Positions 6,718 to 14,458 of a stretch of DNA of 38,310 nt are shown here, piece by piece; positions within the stretch are counted from its first letter, which is position 1, and each line of letters starts with the position of its first letter. The stretch spans positions 1 to 38,310 of the IMG/VR virus record IMGVR_UViG_3300012667_000578; one strand, given 5' to 3'. The notes under the pieces were generated by a model, which saw nothing but the letters and a program-made list of their open reading frames with translations, ran no database searches and was not told where the DNA came from. This DNA comes from a virus. Its lineage: Duplodnaviria > Caudoviricetes. The position numbers and the translations under genes were made by a program.

Positions 6718-7292
6718 GCTTTTCCCTCATGATGCCCGTGAAAAAACTCGCCATGCAGCACTTCTGCGGCGTTAGAATATGCTGCCGCAGCAATTGTTTC
6801 GTCTGAAAAGTAACCAAGGAATTTATACTTCTTGTTTACTTTTATTTGCGCCTGCCACTTCTGGGCGTGCTTGCACCATGTCACGCCCTTAAACCCCGAA
6901 GTGTTGTCTGCCCGCTTCCCGGTGTTGTGCCTGTTTTGTCCTGAGGTTGCCAATCGCAAGTTGCTTGCGCGATTGTCGCTCTTCACGCCGTTGATGTGAT
7001 CAATTTGCATTCCTATTGGAATGTCTCCATGCAGCAAAGTCCACACGACTCTATGTGCAAGATACTTTGTGCCGGAAATACTCCCAACTTTATGCCCCTT
7101 GTTGTTGGCCGTTGCGAAGGCCTCCCTTCCTGAAAAGCGTGCGCTCCAAGCGCGCCATGCCTGGGTAGATTTAAACATGCCCTGTGATCTTGACCGCCAA
7201 AACAAATTCCCAGTTTGGTGGTCATAACGCAGGATCTCGCTTAAAAACTCTTGGCTTGGCAATTCTGTGAATTTTTCCATCGTTGCGGTCAT
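6714..7292 (-). CDS. HNH homing endonuclease with AP2 DNA-binding domain
   Basis: Motifs LRYDHQTGNLFW, LAHRVVW, IDHINGVKSDNRASNLR and NTSGFKGV...WQAQIKVN...LGYF. ATG 7292 overlaps the upstream stop. Confidence 0.9.
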   Translation of the reverse strand: MTATMEKFTELPSQEFLSEILRYDHQTGNLFWRSRSQGMFKSTQAWRAWSARFSGREAFATANNKGHKVGSISGTKYLAHRVVWTLLHGDIPIGMQIDHINGVKSDNRASNLRLATSGQNRHNTGKRADNTSGFKGVTWCKHAQKWQAQIKVNKKYKFLGYFSDETIAAAAYSNAAEVLHGEFFHGHHEGKA

Positions 7293-7705
7293 TGTGCCAC
7301 CTGCATCAGCTCGTCCATCTCCAAAGCCCAAAGATCGGTGCGCGGCAACTTCATTGCCTCCAGCGCACGTTGCATCTCTGACGAGTTGACCTTCAGAAAG
7401 TGGGCCAGCTCATTCGTCGTCGCTGGCCCGCTCTCCAGTTCCTCGCGGATCTTGTCGGCCAGTGTCTTCTGCTGCGTCTCCGGAGCCGGCAGGCTGTCGT
7501 GCAGGGCGATGGCCAGCCACGGCGTCTTCTCGGGCTGCTGTGCATTCGGCACTACGCTGGCCATCACCTTCTGGCCGGGGCGCAGGCCTGTCTCCAAGGC
7601 AAGTTTGGAGGGGATAAAAACGTTCTGCGTCATGTCGCTGGCCAGCACGCCGAAGCTGGTCCCTGTCGGCAGGATATTCGTCACGATAACTTCAGTCGGT
7701 TCCAT
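7289..7705 (-). CDS. Putative OB-fold (cold-shock-like) plus winged-helix protein
   Basis: Beta-rich N-terminus (TSFGV...VFIPSKL...LRPGQKV) and an HTH-like C-terminus (LESGPATTNELAHFL). Confidence 0.55.
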   Translation of the reverse strand: MEPTEVIVTNILPTGTSFGVLASDMTQNVFIPSKLALETGLRPGQKVMASVVPNAQQPEKTPWLAIALHDSLPAPETQQKTLADKIREELESGPATTNELAHFLKVNSSEMQRALEAMKLPRTDLWALEMDELMQVAQ

Positions 7706-7877
7706 TGGCTTCTTCCATTTGCTTCAGTTGCTGTTCGGCGTCCTGTTTGTAGAAGTAGAGGATCGTGATTTCTTCCCCCACCCAACCCGGCCGGACGCCC
7801 GTGCCGTATCTCTTTTCCAGATCCTCGATCTGTTGTTGCTTGCGTGCGATGTATTCGCGGCATTCTTCGATGGTCAT
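7692..7877 (-). CDS. Hypothetical protein
   Basis: Begins MTIEECREYIARKQQQIEDLEKRYGTGVRP. Confidence 0.65.
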   Translation of the reverse strand: MTIEECREYIARKQQQIEDLEKRYGTGVRPGWVGEEITILYFYKQDAEQQLKQMEEANGTD

Positions 7878-7879
7878 GC

Positions 7880-7978
7880 TCACCACCCCATCCCGTGTCC
7901 GATGAGCAGCAGGCCGTAGGCCGCTGCGAACAATGCGATGACTGCGAGGGCCTCGGCGAGAATTTCTCTGATCTTCAT
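7880..7978 (-). CDS. 32-aa single-TM microprotein MKIREILAEALAVIALFAAAYGLLLIGHGMGW
   Basis: AAGGAG SD upstream; fills the gap between neighbours; hydrophobic helix. Confidence 0.65.
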   Translation of the reverse strand: MKIREILAEALAVIALFAAAYGLLLIGHGMGW

Positions 7979-7988
7979 GTCATTCTCC

Positions 7989-8678
7989 TTATTTTGTTGG
8001 TTCTGCGGGGCAAAGCGCGATGGTCTGGAAAATCCAGTCCTTGTATTTCTGCCACCGAGCCAAGGCCTTCACCCCGTCCATCGCGCGAATTTGCGCGTCA
8101 CTGAACGAGGCCCATTCTGCAATCGTGTGGCGCTCGCAACCGATCTGCATCACGTCGCTGGTGTAGGTGATGGCGTAAGTGTCAATCTGGATGCACTTGA
8201 TGTGGGGATTTGCGCCATGCGCACCGCTCAGGTTGGCACCGCGCAGGTTGGCATCGCTCAGGTCGGCACTGCGCAGGTTGGCACCGCTCAGGTTGGCACC
8301 GCGCAGGTTGGCATCGCTCAGGTCGGCACCGCTCAGGTTGGCACCGCGCAGGTTGGCACCGCTCAGGTTGGCACCGATCAGGTCGGCACTGCGCAGGTTG
8401 GCACCGCTCAGGTTGGCACTGCGCAGGTTGGCACCGCTCAGGTTGGCACCGATCAGGTTGGCACCGCTCAGGTTGGCACCGCGCAGGTTGGCACCGATCA
8501 GGTTGGCACCGCGCAGGTCGGCACCGCTCAGGTCGGCACCGCTCAGGTTGGCACCGTTTTCAATCCCCCACCGAACGGCTAGTCCGATCTTGATTGATGT
8601 GGCGGTATCGTCTGCGCAGTCAATTTTGGCGGTAAACTGCACCGCGCCGGTCCATCTGTTTTTAATTTCGAATTTCAT
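7989..8678 (-). CDS. Pentapeptide-repeat protein with a DUF5758-like C-terminal domain
   Basis: 22 A(N/D)L(S/R/I)(G/S/D) repeats followed by [21 protein letters not shown] before ATG 8678. Confidence 0.9.
   Translation of the reverse strand: MKFEIKNRWTGAVQFTAKIDCADDTATSIKIGLAVRWGIENGANLSGADLSGADLRGANLIGANLRGANLSGANLIGANLSGANLRSANLSGANLRSADLIGANLSGANLRGANLSGADLSDANLRGANLSGANLRSADLSDANLRGANLSGAHGANPHIKCIQIDTYAITYTSDVMQIGCERHTIAEWASFSDAQIRAMDGVKALARWQKYKDWIFQTIALCPAEPTK
8223..8556 (-). repeat. 15-bp tandem repeat array encoding the pentapeptides
   Basis: About 22 near-identical units of the GCACCGCTCAGGTTG type. Confidence 0.95.
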
Positions 8679-8689
8679 CTGGGTTCTCC

Positions 8690-8863
8690 TCAAAACGGCG
8701 GTTCTTCGCCGGGGTAAGTTGGTTTCCACTGTGGCGGCGCGTAGGCCGCCGGCTGCGGGCGGGGTGCTGGCCGGGCTATGACGCCCAGCCGGTCGAGTTC
8801 ATCATCTTTGAGCTTGTGATAAAGCCAATCGCCGTATTCGTCGTCGTCGAGGTGGCGTGTCAT
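8690..8863 (-). CDS. Hypothetical 57-aa protein ending [12 protein letters not shown] (not in the ORF track)
   Basis: ATGA overlap with the upstream stop. Its own stop overlaps the SD of the next gene. Confidence 0.65.
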   Translation of the reverse strand: MTRHLDDDEYGDWLYHKLKDDELDRLGVIARPAPRPQPAAYAPPQWKPTYPGEEPPF

Positions 8864-9057
8864 GCTGCCCGCCGACGAAGAGCCTCAACCCTGGCAAACG
8901 CTGCCGCCATATCGTCGGCAATCTCAATTGTGCCGTGGTCGTCGGCAATGGCGATAAACGTGTCGCCAAAGCGCGAGGTGCGCTCGATCAGGCGGAGCGT
9001 GCCGCGCTCATCGGCCAGAGCGATTGCGAGGCAGGCAGAAGAAAGAGAAACAGTCAT
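8860..9057 (-). CDS. Hypothetical protein, first gene of the leftward early operon
   Basis: GGGAGG SD before ATG 9057. Confidence 0.65.
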   Translation of the reverse strand: MTVSLSSACLAIALADERGTLRLIERTSRFGDTFIAIADDHGTIEIADDMAAAFARVEALRRRAA

Positions 9058-9143
9058 GGGAACCTCCCGGTTCATGCGCTGCGGGGCAGGATTGCCGCGC
9101 TCTGCGCTATGTTTGCTTGATTGCTTTCCTAGTTCGTATCCTC

Positions 9144-9171
9144 ACCATACAACCTGCCGCACCGCGTGCAA
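9144..9171 (-). promoter_or_regulatory. Putative leftward early promoter
   Basis: Minus strand reads TTGCAC-N16-TATGGT, at the divergence point of two operons. Confidence 0.5.
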
Positions 9172-9185
9172 GCAAATAATTGCGC

Positions 9186-9214
9186 TTGACGCATCTTTTT
9201 TAAACACATAAGCG
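9186..9214 (+). promoter_or_regulatory. Putative rightward promoter
   Basis: TTGACG-N17-TAAGCG with an AT-rich spacer, upstream of the HTH gene. Confidence 0.5.
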
Positions 9215-9244
9215 TAAAGCACCGAAACAAGGGAGAGCGCGAAC

Positions 9245-9463
9245 ATGATGGCTCAGAAACAAATACGGGAGTGGTGCGCCAAGGACGGGCGCAAGCTGGG
9301 CTGGGTCGCCCAGCATATCCCGGTGGCATCGTCCAGCTTCAGCCGCTGGATGACGGGCCGCATCGTGCCGTCCGCAGTCTACCGCCACCGCCTGGCAGAC
9401 ATCACCGGGATCGAGGATCTGCGGTTTGAAGAGGAATGGATCGCGGAAGGAGCAATGTCGTGA
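9245..9463 (+). CDS. Cro/XRE-like HTH regulator
   Basis: HTH_3-like pattern LGWVAQHIPVASSSFSRWMTGRIVP. Confidence 0.75.
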   Translation: MMAQKQIREWCAKDGRKLGWVAQHIPVASSSFSRWMTGRIVPSAVYRHRLADITGIEDLRFEEEWIAEGAMS

Positions 9464-9930
9464 ATGCACATCAATCAAAGATGCTGCCAGAGGAAAACAA
9501 ATTCCACAAAGGCAATGGCGGCGATGGGAAGCACTACTGGCTAACTCCGCCAGAAACATATGCGCCCCTTAACGCCGAGTTTGGGTTTGACTTTGACCCA
9601 TGCCCGTACCCCTTGCCGGACGGCTTTGACGGGCTGACATGCGAGTGGGGCAAGAGCAGCTACGTCAATCCGCCTTTTGGGTCGATCATCCACAACGGCA
9701 AAAAGAAAGGCCCAACAGCTTGGGCACGAAAAGCCATTGAGGAGAGCCAGAAGGGCAAAGACGTGGTGTTGGTTTATCCAGTCGATAAATGGATATTGAT
9801 GCTGATCGCTGCTGGCGCCGAAGTCAGAAACCTTGGTGATGTGAAGTGGCTGGCCACAGAAGATGGAAGCCAAGGCAAAGGCACAGGGCGGCACATTGCG
9901 GCCTTCGTTTTCAAGGGGAAAAAGCCATGA
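9460..9930 (+). CDS. Phage DNA N6-adenine methyltransferase (Dam-like family)
   Basis: Motifs WLTPPE, FDFDPCP, DGL...W and catalytic NPPF. The GTG start overlaps the upstream TGA. Confidence 0.8.
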   Translation: MNAHQSKMLPEENKFHKGNGGDGKHYWLTPPETYAPLNAEFGFDFDPCPYPLPDGFDGLTCEWGKSSYVNPPFGSIIHNGKKKGPTAWARKAIEESQKGKDVVLVYPVDKWILMLIAAGAEVRNLGDVKWLATEDGSQGKGTGRHIAAFVFKGKKP

Positions 9931-10241
9931 ACCGTTCCGAGATCCTCGACACCGCCAAAGAGTATGTCACGCGAGACCGTGCTGCTACTCATGGGGATGC
10001 GGAACAAAACTTTAATATGGTGGCGCTATACTGGAGCGCCCACCTCGGGCGCAACATCAAGCCGCACGACGTGGCCGTGATGATGACCCTGCTGAAGCTG
10101 GCCCGCGCCAAGTCGAACCCGGCCCACGCGGACAATTGGGTCGATGGCTGCGGCTATCTGGCCTGCGGCGGCGAGATTGCGGACAAGGAGAAAGACATGC
10201 AGGCCAAGATGCTGGTCGGCTTGAGGGGCGAGGCTCTCTAA
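9927..10241 (+). CDS. DUF6378-type protein (all-alpha NTP pyrophosphatase-like)
   Basis: Pattern ILDTA...DRAATHGDAEQNF...W...VAVMMTLLKLAR...HADNWVDGCGY. Confidence 0.8.
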   Translation: MNRSEILDTAKEYVTRDRAATHGDAEQNFNMVALYWSAHLGRNIKPHDVAVMMTLLKLARAKSNPAHADNWVDGCGYLACGGEIADKEKDMQAKMLVGLRGEAL

Positions 10242-10247
10242 ACACTC

Positions 10248-10272
10248 AGACCGTCCATTTTGTGGACGGTCT
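10248..10272. terminator. Hairpin between convergent operons
   Basis: AGACCGTCCA-TTTTG-TGGACGGTCT forms a perfect 10-bp stem. Confidence 0.7.
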
Positions 10273-10628
10273 CACTTTTTGTGCGCTTTAATCCACTCGA
10301 CGATCTGCGCGCTGGCATCTTCGGCACCTTTGCCAACGACAACCTTGTGGCCCAGGCCCTCAAGGTGCAGGATCATTGCTTCCTGCTCGGCCGATAGTTT
10401 CCCGCCCTTCACGCGCTTCATCTCAATCCACAGCCGCCACGCCGGGACATGAAGATCTGGGATGCCAGGCACAACGCCTTCGGCCTTCAGCCGTTTGGCT
10501 GTGCTGATGGCGCGATGCCCGCCGTTTGGAATAGCAAAGATCAACACCCCCGGAAACTTGGCGCGAAACCAGTTTACAAAGCCCTCCTGCTCTTCCGTTT
10601 CAGAAGGGTGGGTCTTGCGTCCATTCAT
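10272..10628 (-). CDS. VRR-NUC domain nuclease (resolvase-like)
   Basis: Motifs FAIPNGG, GVVPGIPDL and IEMKRVKGGKLSAEQ. Confidence 0.85.
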   Translation of the reverse strand: MNGRKTHPSETEEQEGFVNWFRAKFPGVLIFAIPNGGHRAISTAKRLKAEGVVPGIPDLHVPAWRLWIEMKRVKGGKLSAEQEAMILHLEGLGHKVVVGKGAEDASAQIVEWIKAHKK

Positions 10629-10758
10629 TGCATCCGTCCTCCTGTGCTTCATCTGGCACGATGTCGCGCCACTTCATGCAATACCGTTCATCAACCAAGT
10701 GCGTGCATGTGCGGCAGCTAGAACCCGTCTGCGAACATTTCTGCGGCAATTCGTTCAA
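10600..10758 (-). CDS. 52-aa Cys-rich protein (CRTC...C...VP...GCNEW...PPF), not in the ORF track
   Basis: TTG start after GAGGAG; bridges the helicase and VRR-NUC genes; Cys spacing suggests metal binding. Confidence 0.5.
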   Translation of the reverse strand: MNELPQKCSQTGSSCRTCTHLVDERYCMKWRDIVPDEAQEDGCNEWTQDPPF

Positions 10759-12439
10759 GACGCATCTCCTCTTCTGTCTTTTCTTTTGGTGCGCGTGGTT
10801 TGGCTGCGCTGTAGTCTAGCTGCACGATCTCGTTAAACTTCGGGTTATCGGCCCGAGGCTTTATCCTGATCCGGCTGGGCCAGTTCCACATGGTGCATTG
10901 CCCAAGAGCGTCTGCCGTGGTCATGGCGGTGCTGTCCAGCGCCTTCATGCGCGCCTGATAGCGGCTTGCGGCATATCCCCCGTGATCCGGGCAGAGCCAC
11001 TCGCTTTGCCGCACCAGCCCGCAAACGTAAGTGACCTTCACGCTGTCGGGCTTTCCTTCTTTCTGGTGCAGGGCATACTCCACCGAATCAACGTCAAGCC
11101 ACTCAGCTTCGACCTGCGTCGATAGCATTGCACCGCTGTAGCTTTTGGTTGAGTGGTTCAGGGCCGGCGCTGGGAACTCAAAGCCGCACTCGATGCAATT
11201 TCTCACGGCTGCGTGATTGACCGTCTGGCAGGCCTCGCAAACCTTCACCGGCGCATCACCGCCTTTGCCTTCGCCTTTGGGCTTGACCTTGATCGCGTCA
11301 ATGAACCCGTGCCGCTCGACGTTCTGGCCATAGTCCAGGATCAGGCAATTCGGCTTCGGGCCTTTGGCGATGTGCGCCAACCGGCTTTCCTTGCTTTCCA
11401 TGTCCACGCCAGCCGCATAGACGGGCCGTGTGCCGCGCCCAACGATCTGAACGTAAAGCCCGGCGCTTGCCGTGGCTCGGACCAAGGCCACCAGATCGAC
11501 GGCCGGGTGGTCAAAGCCAGTGGTCAGAACCCCGCAATTGATAAGCCCGCGCCGCTCACCGCGCTTAAAAGCCTCAATCTTGCCAGTCCGCTCACCCATC
11601 GGATCTTCTCCCGACACGACCTCGATGTCGAAGCCTTCCCGTGCAAAGGCTTTTCGGATCATGTCAGCATGACCAAGGCCAGATGCGAAGATCAGCCAAG
11701 CCTTGCGGCTTTGACCAAGCGCAACGATCTCTCTCACGGTTGCCTCGACCAAGGCGGGGTCGCTGGCGGCCGTTGCAAGGTCGGTCTCGTTAAACTCGCC
11801 GCCGCGCATCTTCACGTTTGTCAGGTCGATCTTGTTCAGGCTGCCCTTTGATATGACCGGGGACAGATAGCCCTCATCCATCAACATCCCGACCGGGATG
11901 TCGTATGCGATGCCGTCAAAAATAGCCTCATCGCCTTTGTGCAAAAATCCGCTGTCCAGCCGGTAAGGCGTGGCGGTCAGGCCGACAATCTTCACCATCG
12001 GATTGCATTGCTTCAACTCGCTGATGAAGCGGCCATATCGCGTTTCGCTGTTCTTCGGGATCAGGTGCGCCTCGTCCACCAGCACCAAATCCGGCGCTGG
12101 AATCATATTGGGCGCCTCACGATAGACAGATTGAATGCCGGCAAAGGTGATCGGCTTGTCCAGCCGCTTCTGGCCGATGCTGGCGCTGTAAAAGCCAATG
12201 TCCGCGTGGGGAACAATCCGCAGCAACGTCTTGGAGTTCTGCTGCAAAAGCTCCATGACATGGGTCAAGATCATCACGCGCGTGCCGGTATACTCCATAG
12301 CGTCCTCAACCAGCTTGGCCAGAATGGCGGACTTTCCTGCGCCGGTCGGGGCAACGATCAGAGGGTGTTCACCGCGACCATCGGCCCAATATTGATAAAG
12401 CGCGTCGATGGCATCTTCCTGATATTTGCGGAGCTTCAC
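10718..12439 (-). CDS. Superfamily 2 DEAH helicase (RadD/YejH-like) with Zn finger
   Basis: Motifs APTGAGKS, DEAH, TATP, TTGFD, QIVGRGTR and CEAC...CIEC. Confidence 0.95.
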   Translation of the reverse strand: MKLRKYQEDAIDALYQYWADGRGEHPLIVAPTGAGKSAILAKLVEDAMEYTGTRVMILTHVMELLQQNSKTLLRIVPHADIGFYSASIGQKRLDKPITFAGIQSVYREAPNMIPAPDLVLVDEAHLIPKNSETRYGRFISELKQCNPMVKIVGLTATPYRLDSGFLHKGDEAIFDGIAYDIPVGMLMDEGYLSPVISKGSLNKIDLTNVKMRGGEFNETDLATAASDPALVEATVREIVALGQSRKAWLIFASGLGHADMIRKAFAREGFDIEVVSGEDPMGERTGKIEAFKRGERRGLINCGVLTTGFDHPAVDLVALVRATASAGLYVQIVGRGTRPVYAAGVDMESKESRLAHIAKGPKPNCLILDYGQNVERHGFIDAIKVKPKGEGKGGDAPVKVCEACQTVNHAAVRNCIECGFEFPAPALNHSTKSYSGAMLSTQVEAEWLDVDSVEYALHQKEGKPDSVKVTYVCGLVRQSEWLCPDHGGYAASRYQARMKALDSTAMTTADALGQCTMWNWPSRIRIKPRADNPKFNEIVQLDYSAAKPRAPKEKTEEEMRLERIAAEMFADGF

Positions 12440-13386
12440 AGCATTCTCCCCTTATGCAGATCGGCGCTGTTGCATTCGTTCCGCATAACCTCGCCCGTGT
12501 CCTTGTCCAGATATTCAACCCAATCCTCGCCTGTGTCGCTCACCTCAAGGTCTGGCGGCATGATGTGCGGGATGAACAGATGCGCTGTGCAGCCGGGCTT
12601 CATGTCGCGCCCCTTGGCGCAACTCCACGCCCCATCACCGCCGCGCTCAGGCGTTGCGTGCGCGCAGGTGCGGCAGTTGGCTTCTGGGATCTTGCAGCCG
12701 TGGCAGACGGGCTTGTAGGGGCAGAAACGGCACTTAAAGAATGACGGATCGTCTGACAGGCGCGAAGGCGGCGTGGCTGCAAACACAACACGCTCGGCCT
12801 TAGCCATCAGCATCAAGGCCTCGGCCGCATCGTATTTGATCCGCTCCATGTAAAGCTCGTCGGTGTTCTTGTTCACCGCCAGAAACACGCAACGGTCGAT
12901 CTCGGCCAAGTGCATCCCGATCTGGCATTGCGCCCAATAGACCGGCTTGGTCTCCTTCACGCCTTTTGCCTTCAGCGCGGCAAAATTCTTCTCGTTCATC
13001 GTCTTGAACTCAAGCGTGTGCGGCTTGCTGCTTTCTGCAAAGCCCTCGCCCACCCCATCCAGCGACAAAGCAAAATGACCATCGCAGGCGGTGAAGCGGA
13101 TCTGCTTTCCCGTCTCTGGATCGCGGTCCCAAACTGTTACGCCAACGGCGCGCAGGTTTGACACAACACGCTCTTCCTCCCGGTCGCCCGTCTCAAACAG
13201 GCGAAGCTGGCGCCCTTCGAAGTCCGGCGACCAAGCCCAGCGGAATTGATACCAAAGCGCCCTCTCGCACTCGTTCCCGATCTGGGAGCCACCGAGGTGC
13301 GGCCTATGCTCGTTCTTTCGCTTGGCAATATAATGGTCATAGATCGCCTTGACCGTGGCCGGGGTGACATATTGCTCCAGGTTCAA
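12436..13386 (-). CDS. PD-(D/E)XK exonuclease, Cas4/AddB-like
   Basis: Motifs LGGSQIGNECER, SLDG, LEFKT, YWAQCQ and CRFCPYKPVC. TTG 13386 overlaps the upstream stop and has a GGAG SD. Confidence 0.85.
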   Translation of the reverse strand: MNLEQYVTPATVKAIYDHYIAKRKNEHRPHLGGSQIGNECERALWYQFRWAWSPDFEGRQLRLFETGDREEERVVSNLRAVGVTVWDRDPETGKQIRFTACDGHFALSLDGVGEGFAESSKPHTLEFKTMNEKNFAALKAKGVKETKPVYWAQCQIGMHLAEIDRCVFLAVNKNTDELYMERIKYDAAEALMLMAKAERVVFAATPPSRLSDDPSFFKCRFCPYKPVCHGCKIPEANCRTCAHATPERGGDGAWSCAKGRDMKPGCTAHLFIPHIMPPDLEVSDTGEDWVEYLDKDTGEVMRNECNSADLHKGRML

Positions 13387-13733
13387 AGCATATACTCCAA
13401 AATCCACGCCTTTAATTCTTCGACCGTCTCTGCGTTCTTAAACTGCCATTGCTTAATGGCCTCTCGCTTTTCTTGACGGTCAAGTTCGTCTGCCAGCTCT
13501 TCGCAAAAATGACAAACATCCTTGCCGATGCTTGCGCGATATTCGCCGACTTTACCAAGGCAACTAGGTGAAACTCCGCTCGCGCAGTCTGGCATATTTG
13601 AGCGAACTTTTAGCGCCGCATCACGTTTATCAGCGTATGCATGGCCGTGTGTTTCACAATATCTTTTGTGTCCCCATTTTCGGTGATAAATTGCAGTTTC
13701 TTTGCATCCGTCTTTTTTGCACTGCGGCATCAC
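13383..13733 (-). CDS. Cys-rich hypothetical protein (lower GC)
   Basis: Contains C.KDGC...YCETH, C...C and CHFC. Confidence 0.65.
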   Translation of the reverse strand: MMPQCKKDGCKETAIYHRKWGHKRYCETHGHAYADKRDAALKVRSNMPDCASGVSPSCLGKVGEYRASIGKDVCHFCEELADELDRQEKREAIKQWQFKNAETVEELKAWILEYML

Positions 13734-13924
13734 TCGGCCACCCCGCGCGGAGATCCTATGTTGAATGTCACAAAGGCACTAAACCCCACGCTAACCCTAT
13801 AGCTTGTCAAATCACCCACGCCAGTTTTGCGGGACGATTTTTGATACATGAACGTCGTTATGGCATCCGGCCCATGCAATTCATGCACGCTGTCAATAAT
13901 CCGCTTCAACTCTCCGATAGTCAT
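13730..13924 (-). CDS. Hypothetical protein (lower GC)
   Basis: GGAGG SD; begins MTIGELKRIID. Confidence 0.6.
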   Translation of the reverse strand: MTIGELKRIIDSVHELHGPDAITTFMYQKSSRKTGVGDLTSYRVSVGFSAFVTFNIGSPRGVAE

Positions 13925-13946
13925 TTCAGCCTCCATCTATCCAGCA

Positions 13947-13968
13947 CTAAGCCCCCGCAGGGGCTTAG
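13947..13968 (-). terminator. Hairpin downstream of ssb (terminator or stabiliser)
   Basis: CTAAGCCCC-CGCA-GGGGCTTAG forms a 9-bp stem; there is no strong U-tract. Confidence 0.5.
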
Positions 13969-13981
13969 GTCTTGATTGACG

Positions 13982-14446
13982 TTACTTGCGCTTCCAAGGC
14001 GGCGTAGCGCCGCCAGAAGAGGTTGCTGTTGCCGTCTCTTGCTGAACAGCCTTGCCAGGCGCCTCGTATCCGGCCACCTCGTTGGAGGCGCTGTATTGGC
14101 CGTCTGCGGGCTTCACCTTGACCTTCACCATCAGCGGCTTGTCATGCAAGTCCTGCGACGAGCGGGGTGTCATGACGCCCACAGCGTGGCAGATTGCCGA
14201 GAGCGTGCGATAGGCAATCTCCGAGGCGGTTGCGTTCGGGTTGTTCAGATTAAGCCGGTCAGTCAGCTTACGCCCTTGCATCGGCCCATCGATAACCTCA
14301 AGGCTCAGTTGCAGATAGCTGCCCGTCTGTGCCTTGGTGGTCTTTTCTTCGGAGGTGGTGATGACAGCCTTATACCATCCGGCGGGTAGGGGTTCATAGA
14401 CCACATTCGGGTCAACTTGGTTCGCGTCAAATCCGTTGAATTGCAT
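13982..14446 (-). CDS. ssb: Single-stranded DNA-binding protein, DUF669 family
   Basis: Motifs YEPLPAGWY, GSYLQL, GRKLTDRLNL and PPW terminus; adjacent to Sak4. Confidence 0.8.
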   Translation of the reverse strand: MQFNGFDANQVDPNVVYEPLPAGWYKAVITTSEEKTTKAQTGSYLQLSLEVIDGPMQGRKLTDRLNLNNPNATASEIAYRTLSAICHAVGVMTPRSSQDLHDKPLMVKVKVKPADGQYSASNEVAGYEAPGKAVQQETATATSSGGATPPWKRK

Positions 14447-14458
14447 GGTGTTTTCTCC

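Noticed and set aside
4646-7292. Group I introns or inteins hosting the HNH genes
   Set aside because: No flanking non-coding room for an intron core and no intein splice motifs; the genes appear free-standing.
8223-8556. CRISPR array
   Set aside because: The 15-bp units are contiguous, have no spacers and encode pentapeptide repeats in frame.
7938-8781. Plus-strand repetitive ORFs (AQVGT, LAPLR, GWHRS repeats)
   Set aside because: These are antisense shadows of the 15-bp array; the minus-strand frame has the SD and recognisable domains.
12436-13386. CRISPR-Cas adaptation module from the Cas4-like gene
   Set aside because: No cas1/cas2 or array is present, and the context is the Sak4-SSB recombination cluster.
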